Source of the DNA: Balanoglossus misakiensis
Taxonomy: Eukaryota > Animalia > Hemichordata
NCBI GenBank assembly: GCA_040954595.2
Contig: CM082576.2
Coordinates: 19,577,028-19,641,027, forward strand
Length of the DNA: 64,000 nt
Reading direction: 5' to 3'
Part shown: positions 40,101 through 51,702 of the stretch, one piece after another
Layout: each line of letters begins with the position of its first letter
Numbering within the stretch: the first letter of the stretch is position 1
Program-made: the position numbers and the translations under genes
Notes under the pieces: generated by a model
The model's input: only the letters and a program-made list of their open reading frames with translations
Told to the model about the DNA's origin: nothing
Database searches by the model: none

Positions 40101-41160
40101 AAAAGCATCAGATAAATTCTGCATGCTCATCACCGAGGCAATTTAGGTGTACTTTTGTACTTTAAGAACTGTCGGTTTTCGCAACTGAAACTCTGTTCAC
40201 AGGACAGAGGAAAAACTAGAATGACAACAGCTATGTAAGCTAACAAAAGGAACACAGAGCATAGTTCTCCATACTCACATTTTAATGCAATAATTTTTGC
40301 TGAAACTGGGGCGTCCGTGGGCAGGCAAAGGCAGTTCTAACTCGACTTGCAAATAAGGCCCATGTCTCTTGTTCGCTGAGATTGTCTGGTTCTAATAATA
40401 GCTGTAAGAACTTGATCATTGACCGAACTGTTGGTTCAATTTTGCAACATTTTATGATTTCAAGCTGTGCAATATTTGCAACTCAGTTTCAACTTTGGTT
40501 GGAGGGATGATGATGAAGCCATTTCACTGACAAAATAGCGCTACTGACTGATGTCAATGTTTGTTTACAGTCAAATGCATTGCCATCATAAAAATACATG
40601 TGAGAAATTTCTTATGTGTATGATACACACTTTTGTGCATGACTGCAAACTCTGTTACAGTTGTGAAATTCTAAGGGTTGAATTCATTGGGTAGAATTCA
40701 TGTTTTTTGGATTCTTAAACAACCAGTCACGAAAGCTAAGTGGTTACCTCAGAGAAACTGTGTTAAATTTGGTCATCAATTGCTTTAAATCACACAAGAC
40801 ATTCCCAGAGCTAAAGTTACTGCAGCAGTCAGTTTCAACTCAGCTTGCAAATTGGGATCATGTCTTGTGTTCATCGAGACTGTCTGTAGTCGAGTTGACA
40901 GTCCTATGGGGTCAATGATGAACCTACAAATGTTCTTTCCAATGAAATTGTTATAAATCTAATATTCAGGATTTGCATTCATACCTTAAACAATATAACT
41001 GTATTGCAAATATGGCAACTCTTCTAAGTTACATTGGAACACCTTCTCGCCACTGTTTGTGCCAAAATGGTGAATAAGCTTTCATTTTCAAGCCTTAACA
41101 TAGGCACCCAAAACAAGACAACAGCATTGCAAATATGGCATTTTTTGTTCAACTCTTCTC

Positions 41161-41812
41161 ATTTGCATAGTCCAAAATGGCCGCCAAACTCCTCTAACAT
41201 GTAAATTTCCTATGGTCGTCTTAAATAGTGTGTAGTATCGCATTTGAAGGGTTTTCATCAATATGGGTACCTAAAACAATTTCAACGTGGTTGACATTGC
41301 AATGTTAGACAGCTGTTCTAATTTGCATGATCTAGAATGGCCGACAAACTTCTCTAACATGTAAATTTACTATGGTTGTCTTTAATAGTCTGTAATATCG
41401 CATTTGCAGGGTTTTCATCAATATGGGTACCTTAAACAATTTCAACGTCGTTGACATGGCAATATTAGACAGCTGTTCTAATTTGCATAATCCAAAATGG
41501 CCACCAAACTCTTCTTAAATGTAAATTTCCCTGTTTTGTCTTATATGGTGCCTAAAATCGCATTTGCAGGGTTTTCATCAATATGGGTAACTAAAACAAT
41601 TTCAGCGTGGTTGACATGGCAATATTAGACAACTGTACTAATTTGCATAATCCAAAATGGCCGACAAACTTCTCTAACATGTAAATTTCCCTGGTTTGTC
41701 TTATATGGTGTGTAATATCGCATTTTCACGGTTTTAATTAATATGAGTACCTAAAACAATTTCAACGTGGTTGACATGGCAATATTAGACAACTGTTCTA
41801 ATTTGCATAATT
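41161..41812 (+). repeat. 160-bp tandem repeat, 4 units plus
   Basis: ATTTGCAT recurs at 41161, 41321, 41481, 41641, 41801; only ~1.5 units in the left arm (15750-15975). Confidence 0.9.
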
Positions 41813-42420
41813 CGAACACCTGCTGGATAATTTAATTTTTGCCCTTCTTGTCCCATGATTATATGTGTAATATCTCATTTTCAATGTGTTTACATGTATA
41901 TATGCAGAATCCATTTCAAACTAAGTGGGCATATTGTAGCGCCAATCTTATTTCTTAATCCGCACCACAGAACTGATGCAAGGTTTAGGACTGGAAATGT
42001 ATGTGGCCACTGGCCGACACCCCGGGCGAGAGGTCTCCAATTATTTTCAGCACGTAGTGTGCTTCCCGGTTGATAACATCAATATGTGTAAATGCCAAAA
42101 ACCCGACCTATTGTAATACCAGTCAAATTTTCTTTGTCATTTACCATTTTTCTCTTGCATATGAACGTTTTTCTTAAAGAGTACATACCCATATACATTT
42201 GTATGGGAGCACACATCCCCACCCCCTGCCAACAATAATTGGACAACTTTATTCTTCTTATACTTCTTTTTAGTCTAAACATTCATATAGAGAAGGCAAC
42301 ATGTTCTTGAAGCTGCTGACTATGGAAATATGATGAAGTACATTTTCCTAGTTGTACATGTACAGTATGATAGGCCCAATGTACCAATTGGAGATGTGTG
42401 CCTTACAGGCAACATACATG

Positions 42421-45400
42421 TAGCTCTGCATGGCCTGGTTAATCAATGTTGACGCAAAGGTTGACCCTACCAAACACTCAAAATTAATGGGCACGACACT
42501 GGCCACTAGCTCTGCATGGCCTGGTTAATCAATGTTGATGCAAAGGTTGACCCCACCAAACACTCAAAATTGATGGGCACGACACTGGCCACTAGCTCTG
42601 CATGGCCTGGTTAATCAATGTTGACGCAAAGGTTGACCCCACCAAACACTCAAAATTGATGGGCACGACACTGGCCACTAGCTCTGCATGGCCTGGTTAA
42701 TCAATGTTGACGCAAAGGTTGACCCCACCAAACACTCAAAATTGATGGGCACGACACTGGCCACTAGCTCTGCATGGCCTGGTTAATCAATGTTGACGCA
42801 AAGGTTGACCCCACCAAACACTCAAAATTGATGGGCACGACACTGGCCACTAGCTCTGCATGGCCTGGTTAATCAATGTTGACGCAAAGGTTGACCCCAC
42901 CAAACACTCAAAATTGATGGGCACGACACTGGCCACTACAATGTAGCTCTGCATGGCCTGGTTAATCAATGTTGACGCAAAGGTTGAACCCACCAAACAC
43001 TCAAAATTGATGGGCACGACACTGGCCACTAGCTCTGCATGGCCTGGTTAATCAATGTTGACGCAAAGGTTGACCCCACCAAACACTCAAAATTGATGGG
43101 CACGACACTGGCCACTAGCTCTGCATGGCCTGGTTAATCAATGTTGACGCAAAGGTTGACCCCACCAAACACTCAAAATTGATGGGCACGACACTGGCCA
43201 CTAGCTCTGCATGGCCTGGTTAATCAAGGTTGACGCAAAGGTTGACCCCACCAAACACTCAAAATTGATGGGCACGACACTGGCCACTAGCTCTGCATGG
43301 CCTGGCTAATCAAGGTTGACGCAAAGGTTGACCCCACCAAACACTCAAAATTGATGGGCACGACACTGGCCACTAGCTCTGCATGGCCTGGCTAATCAAG
43401 GTTGACGCAAAGGTTGACCCCACCAAACACTCAAAATTGATGGGCACGACACTGGCCACTAGCTCTGCATGGCCTGGCTAATCAAGGTTGACGCAAAGGT
43501 TGATCCCACCAAACACTCAAAATTAATGGGCGCGACACTGGCCACTAAGCTCTGGCCTGGCTAATCCAGGTTGACGCAAGGGTTGACCCCACCAAACACT
43601 CAAAATTAATGGGCGCGACACTGGCCACTAAGCTCTGGCCTGGCTAATCAATGTTGACGCAAGGGTTGACCCCACCAAACACTCAAAATTGATGGGCACG
43701 ACACTGGCCACTAGCTCTGGCCTGGCTAATCAAGGTTGACGCAAGGGTTTACCCCACCAAACACTCAAAATTAATGGGCGCAACACTGGCCACTAAGCTC
43801 TGGCCTGGCTAATCAAGGTTGACGCAAGGGTTGACCCCACCAAACACTCATAATTGATGGGCACGACACTGGCCACTAGCTCTGGCCTGGCTAATCAATG
43901 TTGACGCAAGGGTTGACCCCACCAAACACTCAAAATTGATGGGCACGACACTGGCCACTAAGCTCTGGCCTGGCTAATCAAGGTTGACGCAAGGGTTGAC
44001 CCCACCAAACACTCATAATTGATGGGCACGACACTGGCCACTAGCTCTGGCCTGGCTAATCAAGGTTGACGCAAGGGTTGACCCCACCAAACACTCAAAA
44101 TTGATGGGCACGACACTGGCCACTAGCTCTGGCCTGGCTAATCAATGTTGACGCAAGGGTTGACCCCACCAAACACTCAAAATTGATGGGCGCGACACTG
44201 GCCACTAGCTCTGGCCTGGCTAATCCAGGTTGACGCAAGGGTTGACCCCACCAAACACTCAAAATTAATGGGCGCGACACTGGCCACTAAGCTCTGGCCT
44301 GGCTAATCAAGGTTGACGCAAGGGTTGACCCCACCAAACACTCAAAATTGATGGGCGCGACACTGGCCACTAAGCTCTGGCCTGGTTAATCAATGTTGAC
44401 GCAAAGGTTGACCCCACCAAACACTCAAAATTAATGGGCGCGACACTGGCCACTAGCTCTGGCCTGGCTAATCAATGTTGACGCAAGGGTTGACCCCACC
44501 AAACACTCAAAATTGATGGGCACGTCACTGGCCACTAGCTCTGGCCTGGCTAATCAAGGTTGACGCAAAGGTTGACCCCACCAAACACTCAAAATTGATG
44601 GGCACGACACTGGCCACTAGCTCTGGCCTGGCTAATCAAGGTTGACGCAAGGGTTTACCCCACCAAACACTCAAAATTAATGGGCGCAACACTGGCCACT
44701 AAGCTCTGGCCTGGCTAATCAAGGTTGACGCAAGGGTTGACCCCACCAAACACTCATAATTGATGGGCACGACACTGGCCACTAGCTCTGGCCTGGCTAA
44801 TCAATGTTGACGCAAGGGTTGACCCCACCAAACACTCAAAATTGATGGGCACGACACTGGCCACTAAGCTCTGGCCTGGCTAATCAAGGTTGACGCAAGG
44901 GTTGACCCCACCAAACACTCATAATTGATGGGCACGACACTGGCCACTAGCTCTGGCCTGGCTAATCAAGGTTGACGCAAGGGTTGACCCCACCAAACAC
45001 TCAAAATTGATGGGCACGACACTGGCCACTAGCTCTGGCCTGGCTAATCAATGTTGACGCAAAGGTTGACCCCACCAAACACTCAAAATTAATGGGCACG
45101 ACACTGGCCACTAGCTCTGCATGGCCTGGTTAATCAATGTTGACGCAAAGGTTGACCCCACCAAACACTCAAAATTAATGGGCACGACACTGGCTACTAG
45201 CTCTGCATGGCATGGTTAATCAATGTTGACGCAAAGGTTGACCCCACCAAACACTCAAAATTAATGGGCACGACACTGGCCACTAGCTCTGCATGGCCTG
45301 GTTAATCAATGTTGACGCAAAGGTTGACCCCACCAAACACTCAAAATTAATGGGCACGACACTGGCCACTAGCTCTGCATGGCCTGGTTAATCAATGTTG

Positions 45401-45543
45401 ACGCAAAGGTTGACCCCACCAAACACTCAAAATTAATGGGCACGACACTGGCCACTAGCTCTGCATGGCCTGGTTAATCAATGTTGACGCAAAGGTTGAC
45501 CCCACCAAACACTCAAAATTAATGGGCACGACACTGGCCACTA
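42421..45543. repeat. Satellite array, 37 units of 82-86 bp
   Basis: Unit TAGCTCT(GCAT)GGCCTGGYTAATCAAKGTTGACGCAARGGTTGACCCCACCAAACACTCAAAATTRATGGGCRCGACACTGGCCAC; 13 units of 86 bp, 19 of 82/83 bp, 5 of 86 bp. Confidence 0.98.
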
Positions 45544-45844
45544 CATGTATTTGTGATATTTTACATGGTTAACCACGCCTTGAGAAAAGTAATCATAAGA
45601 GAACTTTGTTTCCAAAGTTAGGGGAGAATAATCTAACGGGAGATGGGAGTACCTCAGGCTACTGAGCTCGTTCCCTTCCTCATGTACTTTACTGGGCGTA
45701 TTTGATGTACTATAATAATTCCGGACAATAAATGAACGTAAATCAAATACGTTTCTCCGTGGATCACGGTTCTCGTCAGAGCCCGTTACCTCATCGCTAC
45801 AGATTCCCCGATGCATGAACAATCATGAGAAACCAGCGGTAATA
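45544..45844 (+). repeat. 3' half of an LTR of the chromodomain Gypsy family
   Basis: High similarity to 4443-4741, same orientation, same right end. Confidence 0.9.
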
Positions 45845-45848
45845 CAAG

Positions 45849-46389
45849 TGTCAACGATTGAGTTTTAACGATCATAGATCTTGTTTATGATTACGTAAGA
45901 AGTCATTCACTTATATGGTTTTAGTCCAGTATTGACATTGGTACTTGACCCAGAGTAAACAACATTGTGTAATTGATACATGTCAGAACGAGATAGAGAT
46001 ATCACGCGCTAAGTTCATGTTTAAGAAATATCAAGATGACGTGTTCCTTTTATGACTTAATACTTGACTAACGTATTAATAAGGTGTGGTGAAATTTGAG
46101 ATCACACATTTATCACCGGAGATCCGTGATGGGAGTCAACGAGCATGGATCGAGTCGTGTAATTCTTACGTGTGACCAGTAATAAACCAGAACTTTGTGT
46201 TACTCGGAAAACTTCTTGCAAGTCTCTGTCTACGAAAGGTTTACGATCTGCCGGGTACCTCTCTCGGACTTTATGAATATGTTGGGTGGAGAAGGAGATG
46301 GAGTGAATGTACGCCGTCAGCTTTCGGACGTGGCTGATTCCCCACAGAAGCCGATGAGGTAAACGTCCGGAGGACGACCGGCCGTAACA
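45849..46389 (+). mobile_element. Possible solo LTR of a third family
   Basis: TGTCAACG..CGTAACA termini, AATAAA at 46181, flanks ACAAG/ACAAA (4 of 5 match). Confidence 0.45.
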
Positions 46390-46544
46390 ACAAACTGCAT
46401 GAATTAAAGTTCAACAATCCTTAGAAGACAGGAACGTCAGAGGTTGAATCTTGATGGGAAAAGGCGAGGTATCGCTGGTTATCATCGGCGTACTGATGAA
46501 ATTGTAGGATGTGGGGACGAATCGGTTTACTATAAAGTTGGGCT

Positions 46545-46725
46545 ATATAAATGGTGAACAACAGAGGGGCAGTGGCACCCCGTATACGAGAGGTGACTGT
46601 GAACTTGCAGTGTTTTCAATGATTACAGTTTGATATCTATATTGAAGGTAAGATGTAAACCATGTTAGTACTGTGTCTGAGATGCCAAGGTTCGATAGTC
46701 TACAAAGAAGTATCCCGTGATGCAA
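46545..46725 (-). mobile_element. Non-LTR (CR1/L2-like) reverse-transcriptase fragment
   Basis: HGILLCRLSNLGISDTVLTWFTSYLQYRYQTVIIENTASSQSPLVYGVP, the standard LINE RT segment before GVPQG; QGS deleted. Confidence 0.85.
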
Positions 46726-48471
46726 ATGTACAACTGAAGAAAAAAGGAATCACAAATCTTAAAACTAAGATGCCGTTAAGAATTAAATTTCGCGAAAAGG
46801 AAGTGACGAAATACGTACATTTTCAGGTGCTCTACAACAAGTAGTCTCCCTATCATCCCTATTGGAGCATGCAGCTAAAATTTACCATGACGTCATTGAT
46901 TCTACGCGAACGTTTTTCTAATGGCGATAAACATATTTTGTATAAATTGTGCTCAAACGCCCGTGAATCTCACTCGCAAAAATTCACAAGTGGCGCATAC
47001 AACACTAGGAAGAAAATTGTTTAGCAGTCTATAGAGTTTGTGACCTGAGATTTGGAAGTAAAAGTTAAACTTAAAAGTTGAGACAGAAGTGATTGAAGAG
47101 TAAAGAAACTTTTGAAGTGTTAAGAAAGTTATCGCATTCCTGATGAAAAGAAAAGAAAATACAATACATTCATTGTTTTAAGGAACACAAGGAAGACAAG
47201 TACTATGCAATCAGAGTATGCATGGATCATTCATCTAAAAATATATCTCCGCGTCTTTTGGCGGGTAAAAATAAAATGCTGGAACGGTCTTTTGGATGGC
47301 GGACTATTTGTGTCCTTCTTGTCCTCAGAACGCAAGTGGTCGAGTAGGTTTATTTCATTAAATTCTTATATTCTCAGTTGCTACCATAAATACCCAGTGT
47401 TCGTGTCGATGTATCTGGACGTCAGCACGATTCCATATAGGTACCTCTCAGTATTAGCCAAGCGAGTTATCCCCATCGATAGAGTTTAATTCCCCGTTAC
47501 ATTCCCAACACCAATCCTCCCGCGTGACATTGAGGTTGAAGGTATACAAACCTTAGGAATCATGCAACCATCCAGAAAGTGTAATAAATTTTGAAGCTAT
47601 GATGTGAGTTTTCAGTTCGTTTCTTCTTTTGATTTGTTGATGTAACATTGTGCGTTTTAAATAAAAGATAAAAAAATGTACAGCAATGACGTCACAAAAT
47701 TCACTGGTATTGATAAAGCTATATTATATCATATATTATATGTGTTAAATACTACCGTATCTCATTATTGCAGTATTTCGTGCTTTAACACAAAATACGC
47801 GAAAAGGGTTTAATACAAAACTAAATGACACAATTTCTGTTTCTTTGCCAAAATTCTTAATCACAAGATCAACCCATCCTTACGCCTCTACTCTATTGCT
47901 AAGAGAAACCATCGTCCGTAACATGCATTGTGAAACCCCTCAACAACATGCATGTCAACACTTCATTTTTTCTCCAGCATTGTCAGTTTGGTACCCTGAC
48001 AACTCACGGGGCATCATGGGACAATATTAAAGCTGATTCAGTGTTTATGTGCATAAAACACACGGCGGTGGAAACATTCGTTTTAAATTATTGTGGACGC
48101 GCGCACGCCCTTGTCTGTGTACAGGTACTTGATGCTTGTCTACAGTCACGTGAAACGCTGTTGGTAGTACCCTAGAAGATAGATATCTTTAATCAGAACT
48201 TTGGTAAGGAAGGTTTGAGAAGTCCATTCTATGTAAAGAAAGTTTAAGAAGTGTGTTACCAAAGGGTGTGGGGGTGGCTGGGGGTCATCAATATATCACT
48301 CTGCATCACGTTCACAGAAAAGGTCGCGACACGCCCACAAATCCACTCACGACTTGCGTCACCGGTTACAGGAGTTCGTACAAAAGTGTGGTTTATGCAC
48401 ATTTACACTGAATCAGTTTTTTTGGCCCATGATGCCCATGGGCCAATACAGGCCACGATGCCTCCAGAATG

Positions 48472-48527
48472 ATGATGGCAATGATGGTGATGATGATGAT
48501 TGTGGTGGTGGTGGTGGTGGTGGTGAT
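48472..48527. repeat. (GAT)n/(GGT)n microsatellite followed by a pyrimidine-rich tract
   Basis: Direct reading. Confidence 0.9.
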
Positions 48528-49348
48528 TGAGCTTTAATTTCCCTTTCTTCCTGTCTAACCACTTCCTCTCTCACCTTCACTTATTCGGTCTCTCCCCTCC
48601 CCTTCTGTCAAAGTCCTCCCCTCATTCCCTTTCCATCCTGACATTCTCATTTCCGCCCTCTTGCTTTTCTTCTCCTTTCTCACATTCCTTTTCTCACCTC
48701 TCTCCCCCCTCCGTAACATGTTATGTAATATATAAAGTAAAAAAGTCCAAAGCATGATGTTATCACAGATGACATTTGGAATGTATTATTGTACTATCTG
48801 GTTTAATTTCAAACATAGTGGAGTTATTTATTGGCCAGTATTTAAGCATGTTTAAAGAAGTCAAACAGCATAATAGGCACATTTCATATCAAACAAAATT
48901 GACCAAATAAGCTCAAAAGAGGATTTGAACAATTTGTCCCTTTAAGTAATGTTCAATATTGGATTTACACTTGTGATTGTATGTCATCTCCCTTTTGTTA
49001 GAAACCTCACAGTCATATAATAAACAGGTGACCTGACAATCATTTGAAATACCAAACTTCGGCAGCTATTCCAGTTTGGTCCAAAAACCTAATTTTAACT
49101 GGCACCTCAACTTTAGGACTATTATGGATGTTGCTGAAACTTGAAGTGGGCTGCTTGTGAAGAGGAAGACGTGGAGTGTCTCTCAGACAATGCTGCGCTC
49201 AGTCAGAGATAAAGTCAAAATATGGATTTGACTTGCAACAGTAATTTGTTAGTTAAGTCAAATTCAACTTAAATATGTCTCTTTGGGTCAGTCTTAACGG
49301 GTGTAGCATGCTGGAAGGGTGTGCTTACCCATTTCCGACACCTAGTAC

Positions 49349-49798
49349 CACAGGGGGCTGCAAACATGAAAGTTATAAATGGCGAAGTACGTTCCATTCT
49401 GCGTTTTCCCAACCTGTCTTATCATTTGCTAATCCAGAATAAAAGCTATCCATTTCCCATTAATCACCTGCTAACGACTTAATCTGTGTGCCCCATCCAT
49501 GGATTAAGTTAATAAAGTAAACATCGGTCAGCGAGTACTGGGTATTCTCTTACCAAGTGAGAACTGACCGATGTTTACTTAATCCACTAAATCCGTGGAT
49601 GGGGCACACAGATTAAGTCGTTAGCAGGTGCTTAATTGGAAATGCAATAGTTTGTATTCTGGATTAGCAACTGCTAAGACAGGTGGAGGTAACACAGAAA
49701 AATAAACAAGCGCAAAGACTGTTCATCAATTAATGTTTATTGGGGGAAAATGCAGGAACTCCGCCATTTATAACTTTCATGTTTGCAGCCCCCCTGTG
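49349..49798. mobile_element. Fold-back MITE (~450 bp)
   Basis: TIR CACAGGGGGCTGCAAACATGAAAGTTATAAATGGCG at both ends; inner 49412-49531 is inverted at 49564-49685. Confidence 0.85.
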
Positions 49799-51437
49799 CG
49801 AGTACTACCACTTAGCAGTGGTTCAAGATGATCCTATTGAAATTGTAAGTTTTTCTCTTATTTCTTTTTTGAACCTGGACCTGGTAATTAGCTTAGCTTG
49901 AGTAATATTGATTATTGGACCTGGTTTGATGTCTTATTATAACAACTACAGAAGAATCTCTGGACACAGTGAAATACACTCCAGGGTTATGGTAATGACT
50001 GACAAATTGTCAGTTTAAAAAAGTAGACAAAGAACTCAGTTAAATATTATAATAAAAATATGCTTTTAATATAAGGAAAAGGTACAATTGATATACTTGT
50101 AATTAAAACATAAATATAATGATGAAATTCTTCAACTGTTCTGTAGTTGCACCAGTATTTGTATAAGCTAAAAATGTTGACTTCTGGCAGGACAACTCAA
50201 ACAGATATTAAACTTATTTATAGTACTTCCACTTCATGACTTTGTTCAAAAATTTCCCAAACTTATTTCATTGTTGATGAGTTGTCACCTCCGAACAACA
50301 CAAAAAGGAACAGTTTGTATAAAAAAGTAATTTTGCATGAATCTTAAACATACATGCACAAGTTGAGTGAATAACACAATATAATCATATTCTACAATGA
50401 ATTACAATATCAAGATTAAGGGTTTCACATATGACATTACATTGCTACATTTTATATACATGAATTTAATTTGAAAAATTTCCATTGATCTATAACACCA
50501 TGAATAATATAAAAATATGCGAATAAATACTTTGAATTATTATATATACATGTCAGGTCTCAAAGTGAGTAACTATATTTCCATTCACCTATGAACTGGT
50601 TATTAACCAAATGAAATGATAGGATCTTTTATTTTGAGGATCTTATAATTGTGATCATACACATCCATATTCCAAAATTCGCATGCCAAACAAATATCAG
50701 ATTTATACGGCCAGTTGTAAAGACAGTACAAGGGGCAAAAAAATTGATAATAGTTAATCATCATCTCCCTTCTTTTACAGTCTTGGAGAATGGTGACGGT
50801 TGAAGTCAAATTAAAGAAAAATATCAAGAAAAATATCAAAATTTGAAGCACTAATTCAGGAGGATATATATCATCGGGAGGTAGTCACTGAATATATTGA
50901 GAGAAATAATTCATAATCTATGCATTTGGATGAAAAGACCTTCTATCTGATCAAGTTAAGGATAAATGCTGCCTTGTATGAATACAGAAGCAAGTCAGCA
51001 TGCAAAGGGAGAGCTGAATTGGTACACTGTTAAATTTGTCCTCCAAATTCAACAAAAAAATGTTGTTGTTTAGGAATTTTCGTATTATCATATCTTTTTC
51101 ATTACACAATACCTTATAATAAGTCATAACAAATTTTTAAGGAAAATTCTTTAAAATATGTAAAATATATAGCCTTATAACCAACATACTTTAAAGATGA
51201 TTATTTATGATCATTTCATTCAGATGTTGCTAAGAGTGTAATAATAAAGATCTGTTTCACTCCAACCAATTTAATGTGCGCTTATCACAGTACTGTCGTC
51301 TGACAAAGCATAACTATTATTGTTATCATTTATGGGATTATACCAAGCTTATCACAGTACTGTGTCAACTCACAAAATGAAAACCATTCTAGTTATCATT
51401 TGAATTATACCATACATGTACACACAGAGATGGCACA

Positions 51438-51702
51438 TTAGAAGTATCTGTCTCCGTGACTCTCATGAAATAGTTCATTTCTACTCTTAAGAGGCCTTGG
51501 TCTCCATTCCTCACTTCCACTGGCACTACCACTGTCGCCACTATACATGGGATTGTAGTGATAGATTTCTCTGAAGGCTTCCTCATCTTCCACACTTTTC
51601 CCTGCCTTGCTATCAACATCATCTGTATCATCAAACCAATGGATATCCATAGTTGCCTCTTGTTCTTCCCAGCCTGGATGTTTCTTTCCTCCAAGAGCAC
51701 AC
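51438..51702 (-). CDS. Last exon: acidic cytoplasmic tail with NPMY
   Basis: In-phase acceptor ttcag|G TGT GCT; YHYNPMY; stop at 51438-51440. A second in-phase AG near 51874 is also possible. Confidence 0.7.

Larger units (their letters stand above)
32545..42413 (-). repeat. Right arm of the giant inverted repeat
   Basis: Reverse complement of 15068-26235 with arm-specific insertions; ends abruptly at the satellite array. Confidence 0.9.

Noticed and set aside
15068-42413. Assembly fold-back artefact as the cause of the palindrome
   Set aside because: Arms are substantially diverged and carry private insertions with target-site duplications, which an artefact would not produce.
42421-45543. 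CRISPR array
   Set aside because: Units are head-to-tail near-identical with no unique spacers, there are no cas genes, and the context is eukaryotic.
4443-45844. One giant 41-kb LTR element bounded by the two related LTR copies
   Set aside because: The left copy is a 3' LTR with a PPT and no PBS after it; the right copy is a diverged half LTR without a PPT.
47205-47560. Possible exon or ORF
   Set aside because: In-frame stop, no recognisable domain and no supporting neighbouring exons.
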